IMG/VR virus record: IMGVR_UViG_3300014201_000010
Coordinates: 1 to 56,554 of that record
Length of the DNA stretch: 56,554 bases
Direction: 5' to 3' (one strand)
Source of the DNA: a virus
Taxonomy: Duplodnaviria; Caudoviricetes
The notes beneath the pieces were generated by a model. The model was not told the origin of the DNA. It worked only from the letters and a program-made list of their open reading frames with translations, and ran no database searches. Position numbers and translations under genes: made by a program. Positions 51,595 to 56,554 of the stretch are shown piece after piece (position 1 is the first letter of the stretch; each line of letters begins with the position of its first letter).

Positions 51595-53050
51595 TTGTGT
51601 GGCCGTTTAAAATTAAAAAAGTTAAAATATCAGAACAAAAAATAGGGCAAGCTATACAAATGACTTGTATGTACATGTTAAATAGAGCAGTAGATCATCC
51701 TCTAAATATTCCTTTATATTTTATGAGATTAGATACTACTGTCATGAATGACAGTGAAAAAATTTTATATGAAAATACTTTAGAACAAGTTAAGCAAATA
51801 AGAAAGGAAATCAATAATGTGGCCGTTTAAGAAGAAATCTGATCCATATTTTAATTGTTTTGTATATGGATGTGCCGAATCTTCACAATGTTTTTACGCG
51901 GAAAATAAAGAAGTTAAAGCTTGTAAAAAACATGCGGATAAACTTAAAGATCCAATACGTCCATTTATCCGTAAGATAGCGAATGAGATTGATAATGATA
52001 GATGCGAGGGATGGGATAAAATAATTTTACAAAAAAATAATTCCATAATAATTGAAAAATCTTATGTTTTCTTTGGTTCAACATGTGTGGAAATATTTTT
52101 TCCAGGAATAGAATCTGAAAGATTGTTCAATTGCGATGAAAACATCTACTTGTCAGAAATTATTTCTAAATATCAAAATAGAATTGAACTAAAAAAAATA
52201 GAGAAAAGAATGGAAGAAATGGACGCTATCATCAAAGAAATAGAAGGGTGGGAATGATGGATAAAAATGTAGAAAATAGACTTATATCACTGATTGAGGA
52301 AGTGCAAAAAATTGATATAGATGAATTTCCACTTGCTGTAAAATTTATTGATATTCCTTTAGACTTTTGGAAGTTATATAAGAGAGATATTATTAAAACA
52401 ATTTTAAGGTATTCTAATATTTTAATAGATTTAAGGGCTGCAATGGGCGGAGGGATAAGAGAAAATGTGTATATGATATCAATATCACCGGCTAAAAATA
52501 TTCCTGCTATACCAGAAGATAAATTAGATAAAAATATAGATGAGATATTAACAACTGAATTATTTTTATGAAAAAACTCACACTAACATTAGGTAAACGA
52601 TATGACATGGGAGAAGCTGTTTGTTTCTCTATTAAAGGAGAAGAAGATAAAGATTTATATTTTAATTTTCCTGATAATGAAGGCTTTAAAACTATAGAGC
52701 TTAATGAAAAGCAGGTGGTAGATCTTATAAATTATTTAACAAATTCTCTTTTTTATTAAGGATTAATACTGTGAAAATGAAATGTAAAAAATGTAATCTT
52801 ATCATTGATAAAGGTAGCCGCCATTATTGTCATGGAACCGGATATAATGTCCCGTATAATGATGATGATTTTTTAATTGTTACCGCGATGGTTGCTTATT
52901 CTATTTTTAACAACAATAATAAATCCTATCAAGATGATTCTTCTAGTTCATCCTATAGTTGTACTGATAATTCAAATAATAGCTGTAGTTCAAGCAGCAG
53001 TTGCAGCTCATCTAATTCATGTTCTAGCAATAGTTGCTCTAGTTAAGTTC

Positions 53051-53079
53051 TTGACAAAATTATACTGTTCATGTATTCT
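53051..53079 (+). promoter_or_regulatory. Sigma70 promoter
   Basis: TTGACA-17-TATTCT inside TTCTTGACAAAATTATA motif. Confidence 0.6.
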
Positions 53080-53108
53080 ATCCCCATCTTAGGTATGGGG
53101 ATTTTTTT
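53080..53108 (+). terminator. Rho-independent terminator
   Basis: ATCCCCAT-CTTAGGT-ATGGGGAT followed by T-tract. Confidence 0.7.
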
Positions 53109-53453
53109 ATGACTAAATGTTCTAATAAATATATAATAGCAGAAAAATATATTCCTTCAGAATATGAAGCTGCATATAAAAATAATCAAGTCTCTAATGT
53201 TCTTATTTATTCTACTTATGATAATTGGATAAATGTAAAAGATAGATTGCCTGAAAAAGATGGAACCTATTTAATAGTTTATACTAATGGAAATTACAGA
53301 GATGTGAGAGCAGCTAAATTTAATGTAGGAATTACAGGAATAGGTTATTGGGGGCCAACATGGTCTACTGGAGAATCTTATGTAGGGTATGAAGCATCTC
53401 ACTGGATGCCATTGCCTGAATTACCTAAAGAGATTGAAAACAAACTTGATTAA
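53109..53453 (+). CDS. Portal-like peptide fused to DUF551 domain
   Basis: N-terminal IP.EY..AYKNNQVSNVLIY matches this phage's portal; C-terminal WINVKDRLPE...SHWMPLPELP. Confidence 0.7.
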   Translation: MTKCSNKYIIAEKYIPSEYEAAYKNNQVSNVLIYSTYDNWINVKDRLPEKDGTYLIVYTNGNYRDVRAAKFNVGITGIGYWGPTWSTGESYVGYEASHWMPLPELPKEIENKLD

Positions 53454-54112
53454 ATATCGTACAATGAAACTATATAGAAGGAAATGAATAATGCACATAT
53501 ATATTAATTTAACGATAGGAAATGAGCATAAACAAAATACAATTTTATTAGGTAGAAATGTAATAAGTGATGATTCAGCTTGCACAATTCCAGGAGATAT
53601 TGATGCTGAAAAATTCTATGCATTAAAAGAACATATAGAAAATGAAATTGTTAAATTTATAGATAATTCAAACTACAAGGAGTAAGTATGAAAAAATCCA
53701 CTTCAACGAGACCAACTTATACTAGATCGAGAACACCTGGAGGTTTGCCTCGTATAGTTTCAGATGACAAAGAATTTATGGGAATGGGACATTCTTATGG
53801 ATTCTTCGAGCGTTCTCAGGCAAGTATTGGTGCTGTTCATATAACGATTAACAATCCTACCTTTGTGACGGCTGCTCCTGTTTCTATGCCTATGACATCT
53901 ATCGTCACTACGCATCCTGAAACTAAACCTGAAACTAAATACGAAGTAAGTGTCGCTAGGAATAATGCTCCAACAGAAGAAAAACCTAAAAAGTTCAGCT
54001 GCTGGGATTATATTTGTTGTAGGAAATGCTGATGAAGCGAATTCCTTTGCATCGTTCAATGTTTGTGTTTTAATTGTCTTTCTTAATAAGAAAGACAAAT
54101 GGGAGAATAAAA

Positions 54113-54256
54113 ATGCCGCTTAAATCAGGAAGTAGTAGAAAAGTTGTGTCTGAGAATATCAAGACAGAAATGAATGCTGGTAAACCTCAAAAACAAAGCA
54201 TAGCAATTGCTCTGTCTAAGGCAGGATTGTCTAAGAAAAAAAGGAAGAAGAAGTGA
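54113..54256 (+). CDS. Small basic conserved phage protein
   Basis: MPLKSGSS...SENI..E...[15 protein letters not shown]. Confidence 0.6.
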   Translation: MPLKSGSSRKVVSENIKTEMNAGKPQKQSIAIALSKAGLSKKKRKKK

Positions 54257-54423
54257 TATGTCTACTTCATTATATTGGTTGCCAAATGAATCTAAAGAAC
54301 CTAACTATCTTGGAAAAGGATTAAAATACCATTTATCTCCTAAAGTTTTTGGGCATGATGGTTCATTATATGGTGAAAAATTAATAACAAAAGATTATAT
54401 TCCTTTTTTAGAAGGAAAAATAT

Positions 54424-54581
54424 ATGACTATTTCATGTGCTCATTGCGGTAAATTTATTTCTTATGATGATATTGAAAATGAAAAAGCAAAAATAGCTGG
54501 TGGTGGTATATCTTTTACTGGGAATGAAGAGGATATATATTTTATATGTAAAAAATGTATAGAAAAAGCAAATAATTACTG
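54424..54581 (+). repeat. 158-bp direct repeat, copy 1 (copy 2 at 55639-55796)
   Basis: Near-identical ATGACTATTTCATG...AATAATTACTG encoding a CxxC...CxxC mini-protein. Confidence 0.9.
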
Positions 54582-54995
54582 TGATTATGGTAAAACAATA
54601 GATTCATAATCTGCCTAAGGAAGAAGAAATGAAATGCGATAATTGTGATTCAGAATTCAAAAATATTAATGTGGCATTTTATACAGATGGTGTATTAATA
54701 AGTCGTGGATTAAAAGGGATAAAGGAAACAATCTTAAATTTATTATTCAATAGAAATAAAAATACTGTACTTAAATTCTCAATTGAATTTAGATTAGGAC
54801 CTGATGGAAAATTATACCTATGTAATCCACAATTATTGCATGAAGTAAATGATATATAACAGGAAGAAGAAATGAGATTAGGAACAGTAATAGGTGTGTT
54901 ATCTATAATGTTAATGATAGATACATGGGGATGTAAAAGTATTGGCGAAGCCATAGCTCATGTAGTTAATGATTATAAGCAAGCAATGATTAAAT

Positions 54996-55244
54996 ATGAA
55001 ACTCCTATACAATCCAAATAAAGTATCTCATCCTGGTGAAACTTTGAGAGACTGGCTTGATGAGAGAGTAATGACCAGGCATTGCTTAAGTGCTATATCT
55101 GGTCTTCATATTAATTGCATTAATTTGATTATCAATGGAGATATGAATATTATACCGGTTTATGCGCGTAAACTTGAAAAAGCAGGTGCGGGAACTGAAA
55201 AGTTTTGGTTAAAAAGACAAGAAATTTATGATTCAAATAAGTAG
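54996..55244 (+). CDS. HigA-like HTH protein
   Basis: SHPGETLRDWL, IN.IING, A.KLEK, FWL.RQ..YD. Confidence 0.75.
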   Translation: MKLLYNPNKVSHPGETLRDWLDERVMTRHCLSAISGLHINCINLIINGDMNIIPVYARKLEKAGAGTEKFWLKRQEIYDSNK

Positions 55245-55316
55245 AACTGTAGCTCAATGGTAGAGCAATACACTGATAATGTATAGATTGTGGTTCAACT
55301 CCACGCGGTTCTACCA
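55243..55316 (+). tRNA. tRNA-Ile(GAT)
   Basis: AGAACTG/CGGTTCT-A-CCA, ATACA-CTGATAA-TGTAT. Confidence 0.9.
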
Positions 55317-55543
55317 GAAAATATATATAATGAACAAATTTTATGAATAAATATGAACTTAAATTTTTTGTTAGTGTGTTAGTGGTTTTAGTTAATTTAA
55401 TTATCTTAGGAATAACAGGATGGTTAGTTTTTTTCAAAGGATTTAGCGGATGGTGGTTTCTTTTAAGTATATGTTTTATGTATTATATTAAAACAGGAAA
55501 ATGTGAAAAGTGTGGTTATGATCCGTATGAATAGATTGAATTT

Positions 55544-55618
55544 GGCTCTATAGTATAATGGCTATAACACCACCCTGTCACGGTGGAGATTTGGGTTCGA
55601 TTCCAAATAGAGTCGCCA
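55544..55618 (+). tRNA. tRNA-Asp(GTC)
   Basis: GGCTCTA/TAGAGTC-G-CCA, CCACC-CTGTCAC-GGTGG. Confidence 0.9.
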
Positions 55619-55638
55619 ATTTAAATGGAGAATTAAAT

Positions 55639-55796
55639 ATGACTATTTCATGCGCTGATTGCGGTAAATTTATTTCTTATGATGATATTGAAAATGAAAA
55701 AGCAAAAATAGCTGGTGGCGGTATATCTTTCAATGGAAATGAAGAAGATATATATTTTATATGTAAAAAATGTATAGAAAAAGCAAATAATTACTG
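55639..55796 (+). repeat. 158-bp direct repeat, copy 2
   Basis: Matches 54424-54581. Confidence 0.9.
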
Positions 55797-55870
55797 GGGC
55801 TGTAGCTCAGTGGCAGAGCGCAGAACTCATAACTCTGTGGTCGATAGTTCGATTCTATCTATTAGCACCA
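55796..55870 (+). tRNA. tRNA(CAT) with non-pairing acceptor stem (pseudo or chimeric)
   Basis: D, anticodon (CTCATAA) and T arms present, but GGGGCTG vs TATTAGC has 3 mismatches. Confidence 0.7.
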
Positions 55871-55884
55871 AATAAAGGATAATT

Positions 55885-56457
55885 ATGATTGCAAAAAAAG
55901 CACAAGAAATAATAGAAAAATTCCATAACTTTACTAATGGTTATAGAGTTTCCATGTTAATAAATAGAGGAATGGCAAACACAAATAAAGGATCTAGAAG
56001 ATGGGTTTCTAAACTTATTTCATCCGACCCTATCTCATTAGAAAAAAATATAATTCAATTATTAGAACATCAACATTATATTAATAATCCAGATGTTAGA
56101 CTTTATATGTGTGTTAATGAAAGAAATATAGAAAGAGCTATCACTTATTTTAAACATAAACAATTAGATTTAAAGTCAGTAGCGGAAATAGACAAGTTCT
56201 ATAGGAATATACATGATAGTTTTTGTAGCGCATTAATGAATCCAGAATGTAGAAAGCACTCATTATTTTTGATTGATTGGGATAATGAAAAAGAGCCGCC
56301 GCCCAGCTTCTCAAGAGTTTATGAACTTTTTAGATATAAAACTCCTAACGGATGGCATATTATTACTGCGCCTTTTAATCCTGAATTAGTAGAGAAGTTT
56401 CCTGAGATTGAAATAAAGAGAGACGCATTGTTATTGCTTCATACTTTAAACAGCTAG
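55885..56457 (+). CDS. Primase-polymerase (AEP)-like fold protein
   Basis: RLY..VN.R, FLIDWD and KTPNGWHII motifs. Confidence 0.45.
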   Translation: MIAKKAQEIIEKFHNFTNGYRVSMLINRGMANTNKGSRRWVSKLISSDPISLEKNIIQLLEHQHYINNPDVRLYMCVNERNIERAITYFKHKQLDLKSVAEIDKFYRNIHDSFCSALMNPECRKHSLFLIDWDNEKEPPPSFSRVYELFRYKTPNGWHIITAPFNPELVEKFPEIEIKRDALLLLHTLNS

Positions 56458-56528
56458 CATAGCACAATTGGCAGTGCGTCTGATTTGTAATCAGGAGGTT
56501 CTAGGTTCAAGTCCTAGTGCTAGCACCA
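56453..56528 (+). tRNA. tRNA-Thr(TGT)
   Basis: GCTAGCA/TGCTAGC-A-CCA, TCTGA-TTTGTAA-TCAGG, CTAGG-TTCAAGT-CCTAG. Confidence 0.95.
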
Positions 56529-56531
56529 ATA

Positions 56532-56554
56532 GGATATCTAGTCTCGTAGAGCGC
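56532..56554 (+). tRNA. tRNA-Tyr(GTA), 5' portion
   Basis: GGATATC acceptor strand and start of D-arm; continues at position 1. Confidence 0.8.

Noticed and set aside
52771-53046. Ser/Cys-rich tail as a DNA repeat element
   Set aside because: Low-complexity coding sequence with mixed Ser codons, no exact nucleotide periodicity
54996-55244. Complete HigBA toxin-antitoxin module
   Set aside because: No RelE/HigB-like toxin recognisable next to the HigA-like gene
55558-55638. N-terminal part of ORF 55558-55875
   Set aside because: Overlaps tRNA-Asp; the real start is probably ATG 55639 after GGAG
1-56554. Genome-wide stop-codon reassignment
   Set aside because: Long genes are intact under the standard code and end in TAA, TAG and TGA; only one internal stop was noticed
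1-56554. Integrase/att site, reverse transcriptase (DGR or retron), DNA polymerase
   Set aside because: No recognisable recombinase, RT or polymerase motifs in any ORF; a highly diverged one cannot be excluded without HMM searches

Overview
The window looks like a complete, circular, low-GC tailed-phage genome; it opens inside a tRNA-Tyr gene that can be rebuilt across the ends. The morphogenesis module is P22-like (podovirus): TerS, TerL, portal, scaffold, coat, gp4/gp10-like, three ejection proteins and tail fibres. TerL and portal are inverted relative to the rest, and three phased DnaA boxes sit in the divergent promoter between them and the capsid genes. The genome also carries a lysis cassette, a NARP1-like NAD+ pair, Tad2-like proteins, CsrA and recombination/replication genes. 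I could not recognise an integrase, DNA polymerase or replication initiator. The RNA/translation content stands out most. There are six normal-looking tRNAs plus one with a broken acceptor stem, several atypical CCA-ended tRNA-like RNAs, an Rnl2-type RNA ligase, a PNK-type 3'-phosphatase, an RtcB remnant, a GlyRS-like enzyme lacking the anticodon domain and a release-factor-like domain lacking GGQ. There is also a ~367-nt RNA, closed by a 21-bp stem, containing a circularly permuted class II tRNA (3' half before 5' half). One way of joining those halves gives an ochre-suppressor anticodon (UUA), and a holin-like gene in the lysis cassette has an in-frame TAA. That link is a hypothesis. All protein calls are from motif recognition by eye, not database searches.
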